64,000 nt of DNA from Camelus ferus (taxonomy: Eukaryota), in the NCBI RefSeq assembly GCF_009834535.1, contig NC_045696.1, positions 8,310,001 to 8,374,000 on the forward strand. Reading direction: 5' to 3'. Positions 1 through 10,549 of the stretch are shown here, in pieces (positions within the stretch are counted from its first letter, which is position 1; each line of letters opens with the position of its first letter). Position numbers and translations under genes: made by a program. Below the pieces are notes generated by a model. That model was not told the origin of the DNA. It ran no database searches and saw only the letters and a program-made list of their open reading frames with translations.

Positions 1-85
1 GACTGGGGAGGGCTGCAGCTCTTGTGGGTGTGTGGGAGGCCACGCCACTGAGTCCCCAGAGATAGGGGGCCCCTGGTGGATCTGG

Positions 86-260
86 GGGTGTGTGTGTTGG
101 GTTATGTGATAGGGTTGGGTTGTGTGTGAGAGTTGAAGTATGAGAGCGTTGGGTTGTGTGACAGGATTAAGGTGTGTGAGGGTGGGTTGTGTATGACTGT
201 TGGGGTGTGTTTGAGAGGTGGGCTGTGTGTGAGAGGTGGGCTGTGTGTGAGAGGTGGGCT
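86..260. repeat. G/T-rich minisatellite, 18-bp unit gtgtgtgagaggtgggct
   Basis: Three near-perfect units at 207-224, 225-242 and 243-260; degenerate related units upstream to ~86. Explains the HLSHTA repeats in ORF 167..352. Confidence 0.85.
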
Positions 261-450
261 GGGAGATGGGGCACCATCGTTGAGTGGGAACAGAGCTTCC
301 GGCTGAGATGATGACAGGGCTCAGGAGAGGGTTGGCGAGGGTGGCTGTACAACCAGCTGAATGGACTGGATCCACTGAGCTGTACACTGAAACGTGGCAG
401 AAATGGTAAATTTTACGTTATGTGTGTGTTACCACAATTAAAAAAATAAA
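258..450 (+). mobile_element. Old L1 (L1MB-like) 3' end
   Basis: ccactgagctgtacactgaaacgtggcagaaatggtaaattttacgttatgtgtgtgttaccacaattaaaaaaat resembles the L1MB 3' terminus with an A-rich tail. Confidence 0.75.
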
Positions 451-649
451 TGAAAGGACAACAAAATGGGCCTAATTCGTTAAGGCTTCTAGAGTGAAAG
501 GAGAAACTGGGAGTAAAACTTGAGAAGAGCGCACTGGGGAAGTGGAGGAAGGCGAAGCTATTCCCCAGGCATAAAGTGAGAGCAGAATCTGGTGAATTAA
601 AATGTAAGAAATCGAATCCAAAGTCTCATCAGAGGGAAGTTCCATCCTG

Positions 650-1300
650 GGCTGCCGCATCCCTGCGTCCTGTTTGTGTGTGTGTTTTGAGTGCCTGGAA
701 TGAGACAGACTTGTTTCTGCCCCAGAGCAGTGGGGGGCCGGTCGGTGGTCGCTGCCCCCAGGGGTCTCCCGGGACCAGGCAGGTGGGGGCCGGGCCTTCT
801 TCAGGGTCCCACCCGGTCCCTCTCCCAGCCTCCAGGTTCAGTTGGGTGCTTATACTTGGGGAGTCCACACTTTGCTCTCCTTAGCGTCTGCCCAGGGCGG
901 TGTGCCTCCAGTTTCTCCACCAGAGTGGGGAACGCAGTCCCAGGGGGCCTAGCACTGGGGGCAGGTTCACTTGAAATGAACAGGTGCCCACCTCCTCAGT
1001 GGCCTGTGGGGAAACCAGTGCGACTGCAGGTGGCACAGCCAGCCGAGGAAGGGGAACCCTCGTCAGAGGCTCCCTGGATGTGCCTGTAGATTGAGCCGGA
1101 CCACAGACTCATGTCCTCAAGTTCACGGAACCCAGCTTTACTTTTATACATTCAAGGGGCGCCGGCCAAAATAGGCTTTGCATCCCAGCTCTGTCAGGTG
1201 GTGGGGCTGAGCGCTTTGGTTCCCGAGGGTGGGATGTTAGGACCGGACTCTGAGGGGCAGAGCGCGGGGTCAGCGCCCAGGACCCAGTTCCTCCCGCTCC
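650..1300. promoter_or_regulatory. GC/CpG-enriched segment (island-shore-like)
   Basis: Visibly GC-rich with many retained CpGs (gccggtcggtggtcgc, ggcgccgg, agcgcggg); CpG obs/exp not computed. Confidence 0.4.
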
Positions 1301-1964
1301 CCTCCCTACATCTTCATACCCCAAGACCACACAGTTTGCACGTGGGATTCAGATGCACTTGTCTCTGTGTTTAGGAAGTGGGTGCTCAGTGAAGCCCCGG
1401 GGGAGCCCTTGGAGGCCGTGGCCCACCTGCCTCTCATTGTCTGAGGTCCGAGGGTCTCGGGGTGTGAGTCCTGGGCTTGACCTCCAGTGGCCCCTGTGGT
1501 CTTGCCTCTGAGAGTCTGCGCCTCCATCCACCAGCAGGCTGCCGGCCAGTCACTTCAAGGTGATCTGCTCTCCTTTAAAGTCCTTTGATATTTTGGCTAA
1601 AGCTGCTGTTCCATTAGAGACACCGACAGATTCAAGTAACAGCTGGGGGCCTTTGTTTACAACGCTCTCATCTCACATTTCTGGTTGGATTTCTTCTTGG
1701 AGACAATGTTCTATGAATCACCTTTGAAATGAGAATTTACCCGTTTAAGGACTATTCTCTTTGAATTGTCAGACTAAGAATAAACCTATCTCTCTGAAGT
1801 CCCAGTTCCACAGTCCTAGGCCCCCCACAGAGGTGGGGGTGCACCCCCCACACTCTGCTCTGGGGGCCGTGTTTTATTCTGTTTTTCCCCAAAGAATTGC
1901 AAGGAAGTTCTCACGTGCTTCTTTCCTCTGCCTCTGACTGCTGACCATCCCACGGTTACTTTGG

Positions 1965-2118
1965 TTCCCCACTTACAGCCAGCGCTGTGTCCCTGTGAGC
2001 CTCGGTTTCCTCATCTGTGAAGTGGGGGTAACAGCTCAGGGCTGCTGAGAGTTGAAGTGAGTTTCTGTATGTGAAAGTACTTTATTGAATTTAAAATGCT
2101 ATCCAAATGGATATTACT
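1965..2118 (+). mobile_element. MIR SINE fragment
   Basis: MIR core: gagcctcggtttcctcatctgtgaagtgggggtaac. Confidence 0.8.
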
Positions 2119-3414
2119 TTTCTACTAAAAGAAATCTGTGAGAGGATGGGCCATTTGCTGTGTGGATTCCCTGCCGGGCAGGGAGAATTTAAGTCTTGAT
2201 CACGCTACCTTATTCAGACGTTTTAATAACGACGATCATTTCTCTCTCCTCCTCCGGGCCCTCTTTTCCTCTCTCCCACTTCGGTCCAGGAGGCAACGAA
2301 AATTGGTTTTCACTTCTTTTTCTCTTTCCTGGTAGCTGGGACTCCCAGTTGGGGCAGTTTTTCCAAAGCTGTTTCCCCTTGAATTTTGGCCATTGCTATC
2401 TGCTTTTACAACAAGAGACAACAGAAAATGATGCTTTGAGCCGGTGAAGGTGTTGGAAAGCCAGACAACCGTTGTCTTCTGACCTCCAAGACTGATGTGA
2501 ATGTTAAGGCAGGATTTTTTTTCTCCCTCCTGGAGAAGGTCATCAACTTAGAGGACAAAGAACTGGAGAGTGGGCTCAGCTCGGGGCTGGTGTGGGCTGC
2601 TGGCAAACTCATTTTGTGAGAGCGCTTTGTAATCCTGACTCAGCTCTGCCCCGAGATACAGGATTTCTCCTTGTGTCCGGCAGGACCAGATTGTGTTCCC
2701 AGGCCCGCAGGGAAGTTCATATCTGTTCAGTAGTTTGTTTAAAAGTTTGAATCTGATTGTTCAGTTCAAGCCACTGTGTCAGACTTCAGCTGGTGGCTTT
2801 TGGGGTAGCTTGGAGAGGTGAGAAGTTATCCAAACACTGTGACATGGGAAGACTTTCTGTTGATTTGAACGTACTTTGTACAGTTTTCCAAGGCTCTTGG
2901 CAGCTTGGCGGTGGCCTGACTCTTTGTGAAATGTGAATGTCACGGCTGTGGCTCAGTACTAGTTAGGAGTGTGTGGTTCATCTACTTGGAATGTGGACAC
3001 ATGTTCTGGGTTTTATTGTCAACCAATGGTCTTGAGGGCAAGTTTGGCTCAGCCATATACCATCTCTCCTGACCCTTGGTATTCCAGCTGGTTCTTCTTG
3101 AAAATTACTGCCATGTGATAACATTTTGGTGGTCTCTGTGGGATCAATTATATAAAAATTGCCCTCACACTTGGCACTTTGGCTGGCTGTCTCAGAAGGG
3201 GAGCTGTTTGTACAGAGGGATGTGCTCTGTCAAGTTGGAGGGAAAAAAAAAAGATGAGTTTCTTGCTATTACTAGGTTGTCCAGTTGGTCCGATTATTAG
3301 AAGCAAAGGTGGTGAAACCCAGAAAGTTCTGGTGAAATCTAGGAAGCCAAGAGCATTGCAACATCATGGGTGTGAGAGATGGAAATAGAAATCCCACTGT
3401 TGAGGTGACATGCA

Positions 3415-3535
3415 AGACTTTAAATAATCATAGATTTGCAGGAAGTTACAAAAAATACAGGGAGGTACCGTGTACCCTTCACCCCTGTAACATCTTGCCT
3501 AACTATAGCATAATGACAAAACTAGGAAATGAAGC
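3415..3535 (-). mobile_element. Old L1M 3' end fragment
   Basis: tagatttgcaggaagttacaaaaaatacagggaggtaccgtgtacccttcaccc resembles an antisense L1MB/MC 3' end. Confidence 0.6.
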
Positions 3536-5267
3536 AGAGTGCTTTTGAAACAGCTTGATGACACACTGAGAGGGTGAAATCACAGTACTATTGCAAAGAG
3601 AGCAACAGTATTTTTTTTAAGCCCCCATGAATGCAAACCAGTCAGTCTTTGGTCCTCCACTGAGGGGGAGTTACAGAAAAAGCAGAGAGATTGACAGCGA
3701 ATAAAAAATTGTGCACGTGGTTCGTTAATGACAGTAGTGATAAGTGCTATGAAATGAAAATAGAACTAAAAGAAAAAAGATGTTGATTACATGGAAAGAT
3801 ACCTTAAAGCATTTCCATGATGGTTAGTAATCTGATTTTAAGGTTGCTAACGACTCTGCAGTGGCTGCAACTTTGAAGTTGACTCCTAGTATTACACGTA
3901 TTACAATCGTGTCCTTTCCTGGGCTTATTTTTCCCAATTTCTTTTTTTTTTTTCTTCCAGTCTGGGGAAGCCAAGTATGTCTTGGAATGGGTGCTGATGA
4001 GGGTGCCCACAAATGGTAGTTGATAAGGGTGTTTTAAACATACGTTAGCTATTTGGATGCAGAAAAGGGAATCAGACCTGAGAGGTCTGCTTGTCAATAT
4101 CACCAGCAATTAGGGGCTCTCATCCCCAGACCAACGCCTGCCAAGGGGAGGGGTCCTTGAACGCTGGCTTGTTTGGCAAGACCCTGAAACATCTTGATTG
4201 CAAAGCTTGCAGCCTCCAGTTTCAGAGGGCAGCTCTGGCCAGCCTCACCGAGTTCAGAGGAACAAGGTTCCTTCATGTGGTTCGCGATATGACCTCATTT
4301 GGAATCCTCATGGTTTAAGTGAAGAGAGGAACAATTAAATTTATGTTCCCTGTTAGACACAACAAACGGTCTCCAGGCAACTCAAGTGGAACGCGCTGGA
4401 GAGAGCAGCCCTCCCCACCTGCTTGGTAAACTCGGCACAGGTGGCGGAAATAATACCTGGGTAAATACCACCGATCACTCAGGACATTTTCTTTAGATCA
4501 ACATTTGCCCTAGGAGGTTCTCACGTCTGCAGGCTTTTGCCAAGCAAACAGTGTGTTTCAGACAAGAAGTGGGAACAAAGGTTTGCCAGAAACGGCCGGG
4601 AAGAACGGGCTGTGATGGCGGTGTCTGGGGAGGGGCTCCTCCTCCGAGGTCAGCTCGGGTTTCTGTGAGATGCAGTCTTGACTTAGGACACCTGCCCAGG
4701 AGGCGCGTGGGATACAGAAGTGCTGACTGACGTCTGTTCAAGGGGCGTGTCTTTTGTGACTTTTCATTCCTCATCCTACGGTCTGCCTCACTGAGCCTTT
4801 CAAAACGTGCTCTTGGTACAGAAGCAAGATCTTCACTTCAGCGGCTGTATTTGGCCAGTTCCAGTAATTGGCCTCCATCATTACTCTAAATTCACAGGGG
4901 ATGGGAAAGGCCCACCAACTCTGTTGCCCCAAACCGGACTTTTCTTCCCTCTGAGGGGAAATTGCAGGATCTGTTGATCGTCCCCTTGATGTTCATCTTT
5001 TTGTTGAATTTCACTTTGATTATAATTTTTTGATTGTGATTTTTAAGAATGACTTTGCTCCTCCAGAGTGTTGGAGCAGACTTTGGGATCATTCGCTATT
5101 TTTAACAAATGCTGGTGAGCGGATGGGTGGGCTCCTGGGCCTGGAAGCCTCGTGTGCTGATCTTTGCAGTCACCTCCGCTGTACCGTGCAGGGTCCGCAT
5201 GGTGCCCCACACACAGCAGCTCTCCGCTCCCACCGCATGCTTTGCTGTTGAAAACTTGTAGCTGGGC

Positions 5268-5470
5268 GGTGCAGGTGTTCAGAGCTGGGCTTTGGAGAAG
5301 ATATATCGGATTTAGAATCCTGCTTCTGCCACTTCCTCTTCTGAGTTCTTGGATGAATGACTTAACCTCTCTGAGCCTCAGTTTCTTTGCATGTAAAATG
5401 GGGTAATAAGACCCACCACCTTTCAGAGTTGTGAAAGTTAAATGCGGTGATGCTTATTTAACACGTTACC
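5268..5470 (+). mobile_element. MIR SINE
   Basis: gacttaacctctctgagcctcagtttctttgcatgtaaaatggggtaataa is the MIR core, with the tRNA-like head upstream. Confidence 0.85.
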
Positions 5471-5489
5471 TAAAACCTGCGGGTAGCCA

Positions 5490-5600
5490 GTCTCCCTGTT
5501 AGAGTGCGAGCCCCATGGGGTAAGGATATGTCTCATTCACTGCTGTAGCCCAGTGCCTGGCACGTAGTAGGTGCTCAAGAAAACATTTGTCAAATTAATC
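5490..5600 (+). mobile_element. L2 3' end
   Basis: ttcactgctgtagcccagtgcctggcacgtagtaggtgctcaagaaaacatttgt matches the L2 3' terminus. Confidence 0.8.
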
Positions 5601-5720
5601 AAAATGTGTTAATAGACTTCCCTGTAGTATTATTGTGCAGAAGAAGAGTACAGTTTAAAGATGTGAGGAATGAGGACATGGGACAATTATATTTGAAACA
5701 GATAAAATAATTTGAGGAAG

Positions 5721-5790
5721 ATATTTTGATGTATTTGTGGGAGAGGGTAAGCTCCATGTCCTTCTAGTCTGCTATCTTGAGGCCCCTCCT
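5721..5790 (-). mobile_element. Isolated L1 5'-terminus fragment (~70 bp)
   Basis: Reverse complement caagatagcagactagaaggacatggagcttaccctctcccacaaatacatcaaaata resembles the laurasiatherian L1 5' start (aagatggcg YY1-site region) and is homologous to ~20135-20200 in this window. Confidence 0.7.
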
Positions 5791-5799
5791 GGAAGAAGG

Positions 5800-5906
5800 T
5801 TTTTAAAAAATTACTTATTTATTTAATGGAGGTACTGGGGATTGAACCCAGGACCCTGTGCATGCTCAGCGTGTGCTCTGCCACTGAGCTATACACCACC
5901 CACCCC
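5800..5906 (-). mobile_element. tRNA-Ala-derived camelid SINE (vic-1 type)
   Basis: Reverse complement gggtggtgtatagctcagtggcagagcacacgctgagcatgcacagggtcctgggttcaatccccagtacctcca-ttaaataaataag has an A box (TAGCTCAGTGG), a B box (GGTTCAATCC), a tRNA-Ala(AGC)-like body and a (TAAA)n tail. Confidence 0.85.
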
Positions 5907-6478
5907 GGAAAGTATTTTTATCAACATGAGTTATGTTGATATTTCTTAGTATTAGGCATTAATTCCACATTTAAACTTGTTATTTTTAACTAAGAAGTCA
6001 TTAATTTTTCTAGATGATGTTTTTCAGGATTCTCAAGAAAAACTTACACATCTTTGACTAATAGACATAACTGTTTTTAACAGAATTATGGTTTTGGGCA
6101 CTGAAAATGGCAGCGACGTCCCCTCTCTCCCATTTCTTCTCTTTCCCCCTCCTTTCTTGCTGTCCTTCTCTGCCTCTGAAGCAAAACACTATAGTGCACT
6201 GAAAATATTTCTGAGAATTAAGGATGAGGGGAGTGTTAGCTTCTCAGGTTTTAAATAAAGTCAAAATAGTGTTTTTCCTTAGGAATTACTCAAGCTTTGT
6301 AATTCCACAGGGAATCAGTAATTTTTCCACTCTCCAAATTACTGAAATCTAGTATCAACCAGTAGTCAGTCTGGAGCATCAATACGTGTGTGACTTGGTT
6401 CAGAATGAGGTGGGCAGTCACTCATACACACGTTGTAAAGTACCGAGTGGCTCTGTGTTTTAAGGACAATTCTTCAAC

Positions 6479-6497
6479 TCGCCACCAGATGGCAGAG
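6479..6497 (+). promoter_or_regulatory. CTCF motif (forward)
   Basis: tcgCCACCAGATGGCAGag matches the CTCF core CCASYAGRKGGCRS; lies in non-repeat sequence. Confidence 0.6.
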
Positions 6498-7160
6498 GTG
6501 CTCCACTGAAGTTCACCATGGCGTTTGGTTAAAACAGGTTTTGGCACTTTTCTCCTTTCTGGACTGGATGGTAAGCATTTTTCTGGATGCAGAAAAGAGA
6601 GCACCTCATGAGGGCTTCTATGTAAACATTTTATGTAGGAATTAAAGTACATGTTAACACAGATTCTGGCACTTGTCCACTTAAAGTATCTAAAATATAT
6701 GTTTTTAACCTTTAAGAGACTGGTATTGATGTGTAATTCTTTTTTACTTAAGGTAAACTTTGATTTCCTATTTTATTGTTTCTAACCCCCAGTCTGTCTC
6801 CCCCTTTCTTTGTGGGATTATAACATGAGGCTAATAATTAAGAACAAATGTAGAGACCCACAGCTCTGAGTTCAAGACCAAACTATTCCACTTGGGTGGA
6901 ATCCCTCAGGTTCCTACAAAGTAAAATGCTGGGGGGTATGAATATAGCGATATAGCTGATGCCCTCCTGCCCCCCACCCCATGGCACCCAGGGTGCTCAT
7001 ACTGCTGTGTTTACTGTTAGCTGTGAAAAGGCAGGTGAATGCAATGTTTTGTATCTCTTTCCAGTGCATGAAAATCTTAGACCATGCAAAATTATAATTT
7101 AGTTATGGCCCCTTTGCTTGCTCTTCCCACTCTCACTCCCACCCTTTGGATAGGTGATCC

Positions 7161-7403
7161 CAGTGGTTCTCAGTCGTGGGGGTAAGGGGGGTGATTGTGC
7201 CTCCCCAGGGGACAGTTGGCAGTGTCTGGAGACAGTTTTGGTTGCCACAGTCGGGGAGTGGGCATTATGGGCATTTACTGGGTAGACACCGGGGAAGCTG
7301 CTAAACATCCTACAAGGCACAGAACAAACCCCTGCCGCCCCCCCCCCAAAGTAAAGAAAGATCCAGCCCCAAATGTCAGCAGTGCCAGGGCTGAGAGACA
7401 CTG
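7161..7403 (+). mobile_element. MER20 (hAT-Charlie) DNA transposon, full length
   Basis: Starts cagtggttctc, contains tctggagacagttttggttgccaca and gctgctaaacatcctaca, ends gctgagagacactg. Confidence 0.9.
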
Positions 7404-7592
7404 AGCTAAATGGTACTCAGTAGAAGAAAAGTTTCCTGTCTTAGGTCTGGTCAGTTCAACCTGATGCATTCCAAACGTATACTACTCAGGGCCTGTATGA
7501 GACTCCGGAGCCCCAGGGATGCTAAGACGCAGACTTGGTTCAGCATCTGGAAGGGTCTGGGATTTTACTCCGCTCACAAGCTAATGAGTTAG

Positions 7593-7885
7593 CCTGTTAC
7601 TGTTTCACTGGATGCTGGGAGAAGACAGAATCCTGGACCAGAGACAAAGAAAGGACTTTGTTATTCATGGCACAGCGGCTGAATGAGTATCATGATGGCG
7701 TGGGTTCCCCTTGACCTCCAAGTCCACGGGCGTGCTATGGAGGGGTCCAGGTGGATGTTAAGCATGCAGTGGGTTTGTACCACAGCCAAGGGACACTGAG
7801 CTTTGCGAATCCATTGTTCTTATAGTAAGTAGTAAGCAAGCCTGTTTTTTGTCTGAGGGAAGACATTATCTCATCCCTCAAGGGT
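7593..7885 (-). mobile_element. ERVL LTR (LTR40-like) fragment
   Basis: cagagacaaagaaaggactttgttattcatggcacagc...gcagtgggtttg...gagggaagacattatctc resembles antisense LTR40. Confidence 0.6.
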
Positions 7886-8260
7886 GTAAAGAATAATCTA
7901 CAAGCTGCAGAGGACGTAGAGCAGGGTACTTCTGACTGGTAGTGTTTAAGAAGGCTTCATGGAAGAGGAGATACTGTACTGGGTTTTGAAGGGTGAAGAG
8001 GGCTTCAATCTATAGGCAAGGGGAGAAAATGTTTCTCTCTTCTCCCCAGAGATAAATTCACTTCTCTTCTGAGCATCTCAGCACAAGTGTGGGGGCCGGG
8101 AGGACACTGGAAAAGTCCTGGCTGAGTTTGACTAACTAGTGAGCATGTGTGGACTGTTGCCAATTATGCCATGCTATTGTCCACTGATATTTAAAGATAA
8201 TTTATTGTGAGCAGATGAGCTACATTTTTATTATATGTTTTTTTTTCCCCCATGCTGCAG

Positions 8261-8404
8261 CTGTGAGCCTGTACTGACCCACAGGAACCAGGCTTCTTTG
8301 TCACCAGTGGACCCTCCTTCAATACATGATAGCATGTTGGGCAAGGTTGATGAACTCGAACACAGAATCCACTGGGTCACCTGCAGAAGGAGATGGAGAA
8401 GGAG
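8261..8404 (+). other. Candidate 144-nt exon of an unidentified plus-strand gene
   Basis: Acceptor tttttttttcccccatgctgcag|, donor GAG|GTAAGG, purine-rich 3' end. Length is a multiple of 3 with one fully open frame (CEPVLTHRNQ...LGKVDELEHRIHW...); an ATG at 8350 in another frame gives MNSNTESTGSPAEGDGEG. Protein not recognised. Confidence 0.4.
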
Positions 8405-8649
8405 GTAAGGCAGAAATGATGAGTCTGAGTCGGCATGAGGACCAGGTAGATACACACCAGCGCATGGACTCTTGCTGCCCGTGGTAGTATAATCTGGGTG
8501 CACTGGCTGTATTAAAAGCATCGAAGGCTGGCCAGGCAGGATGTAAAAAGGAGCCCAGTCTTGGAGAATCCTGTGTGACACCATCACAGCACGGACTGTC
8601 ACACCAAAGTGAAGATGATGAGGTTAGGTTACATGCATCAATGTAGGTG

Positions 8650-9035
8650 AATCCTAGTCTCTTAATCCAAACCCCAGAAACCATTCTAGATTATTTCTAG
8701 CAGGAAGCCTTTAGTACAGGAAATCAGGTTCTACAGGATTGGTGGAAGGGATGGGAGGGGGCAGAATCCAAGGGTAGGGGTGCTCCTTGGAAATCAGGAT
8801 GTTGCAGGAAGCCACCATTGCTACTGCAGGAGCCTTTGCTCTGCCACCATCGTGATCTGAGGTAGAGTGAAATCCGCCTTTGTCCCACAGTCCACCTTGT
8901 ATTGATCATAGAACAGAAACCCTGTTGGCAAGGGATTCTGGGAGTTGTAGTTCTCAAGGTTCCACCTCCCATGACAGAGCTGAGAGCAAAGAAGGGGACG
9001 GATGGTGCTGAGTGTCCCCAGACAAGAGTAACATG
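8650..9035 (-). mobile_element. ERVL LTR (LTR33-like)
   Basis: ttggcaagggattctgggagttgtagttctc and gcaggaagccacca motifs, shared with the copy at 53924-54373. Confidence 0.65.
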
Positions 9036-9130
9036 ATGGTGAGAGACAAAGCAACTCACAGATAACCTACAGCACGGTACCATTTTTATAAAGTACAAAA
9101 ACGAAAGAGCGCATTTTGTTTGGGCATTCA

Positions 9131-10031
9131 CGCGAGGTGTACCAGAGCCAGCTTGAACTGGCTTCCAAGATCCAATAGTCAAATTTTCAGGAATGTAGCA
9201 AGCCAGTTGTTAAACACAGCCATTATTAAAAATGAAATTATATAAATTTACAATAAAATAAATTATACTCAAGACAACGGTAATGAATACTCTGACTCAT
9301 CACTGCCTAGTTATCTTTCTCCGTTTTGCTTTTGAGGTTACTGTGTCTTTTGTGTCTCTGTGGTGAACATCCTGTAACCAGTGTGCGACTATGGCCTCTT
9401 CTCAGTTCAGTGTTCAGTGATACCACCTTGGTGGCTTGAAATGGACCACAATGGGTGTCTTTATATGAAAGAAATTGGCAAATGCTACAAATCAGGGCTT
9501 GATTGTTTAGACATAATAAAATGATGGACAAAATGGTAATAATGATTAACAGGTTAAACTGACAAGCTTGTCACATCTGTGGCTGTTACACTGTGAATAA
9601 CACAGAGATTGAGGAAATAGCCTTCCAGAATTTGAAAACTATTACCTGATTCAACAAAGAAGTTGCTCACATGACTGATGAAAAAGTGATTTTCTATTGT
9701 ATGTCTTTGTCATTTTGCTTTCTTCTTACTTGTTAATGTAAACCAAAATATCAACCAACATTTATACTGAAACGACATTTGTTCATCGTTGCAACCATAG
9801 GTTGGCTGCAGTTATCAAGGTTTGGCGAAAGTAAACAGAAATATTCTTTGAGAATCAATTGACTGTACAGATTTACAGTAAAGGATACTGTGTATTTTAT
9901 TATTACTTGTAAATCATGTGCTATAACATCCTCTGTATCAAAAAAATTTATAACAAACTTATTAGGGATATGTGCACACAAATGTTTAATTTTTGAAAGC
10001 TGACTGTTAAGCATTTACCGTCACACCACTG
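9131..10031 (+). mobile_element. MER63C/D (hAT-Blackjack) DNA transposon
   Basis: aaattttcaggaatgtagcaagccagttgttaaacacagccattattaaaaat near the start, gaaattggcaaatgctacaaatcagggcttgatt internally, and ends catttaccgtcacaccactg. Confidence 0.85.
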
Positions 10032-10549
10032 CTTATATGATGAAGCAAAGGGATGATTAACAATATTTCAGGCAGCTCTTATCTTTGGGGGGAGACCCCT
10101 CATGCACACCCACCCATACATGCCTCTGTTTTGTCTTTCTCCCCTTGTTTGCCATCTTCCTGGTCACCCAAGTTCAAAGTTCGGGGGTCATTGAAGAACC
10201 CCCTCTCCCCCTTCACATCTCATTGCCAGCTATGATTGATTTTTCCTTCCCGTCGTGTCATAATATTTATGGTTCCACATGAAGGGAACTGTGTCGTGCT
10301 TGGAACCCAGTTGAGAGATGCCTCTTCCCAGCGGTCCCTCTCCTGGAACACGCAGGCACCGACTGCGGTGGAGGATACAGTTGCCAGACAGAGCATGGAG
10401 GATGGAGAGTGAGCCAGAGCTCTGGTTTTACTCAGGTTTTCAGCAAAGTGGCTGTGGGCGTGGATCCATCTGGGGGAAGCCAATCTCTGCAAAAACAATT
10501 GCTGAAGATCGATAATTGATACAGAAAGGAGACGTGGGGCTGCTCCTTA

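Noticed and set aside
576..1531. Overlapping 60-130 aa ORFs in the GC-rich start
   Set aside because: Low-complexity P/G/S-rich translations in several frames, as expected from stop-poor GC-rich DNA; no recognisable domain.
5827..5901. tRNA-Ala gene
   Set aside because: Mismatched acceptor stem and altered anticodon loop, genomic CCA, a (TAAA)n tail and TSD-like flanks indicate a tRNA-derived SINE, not a functional tRNA.
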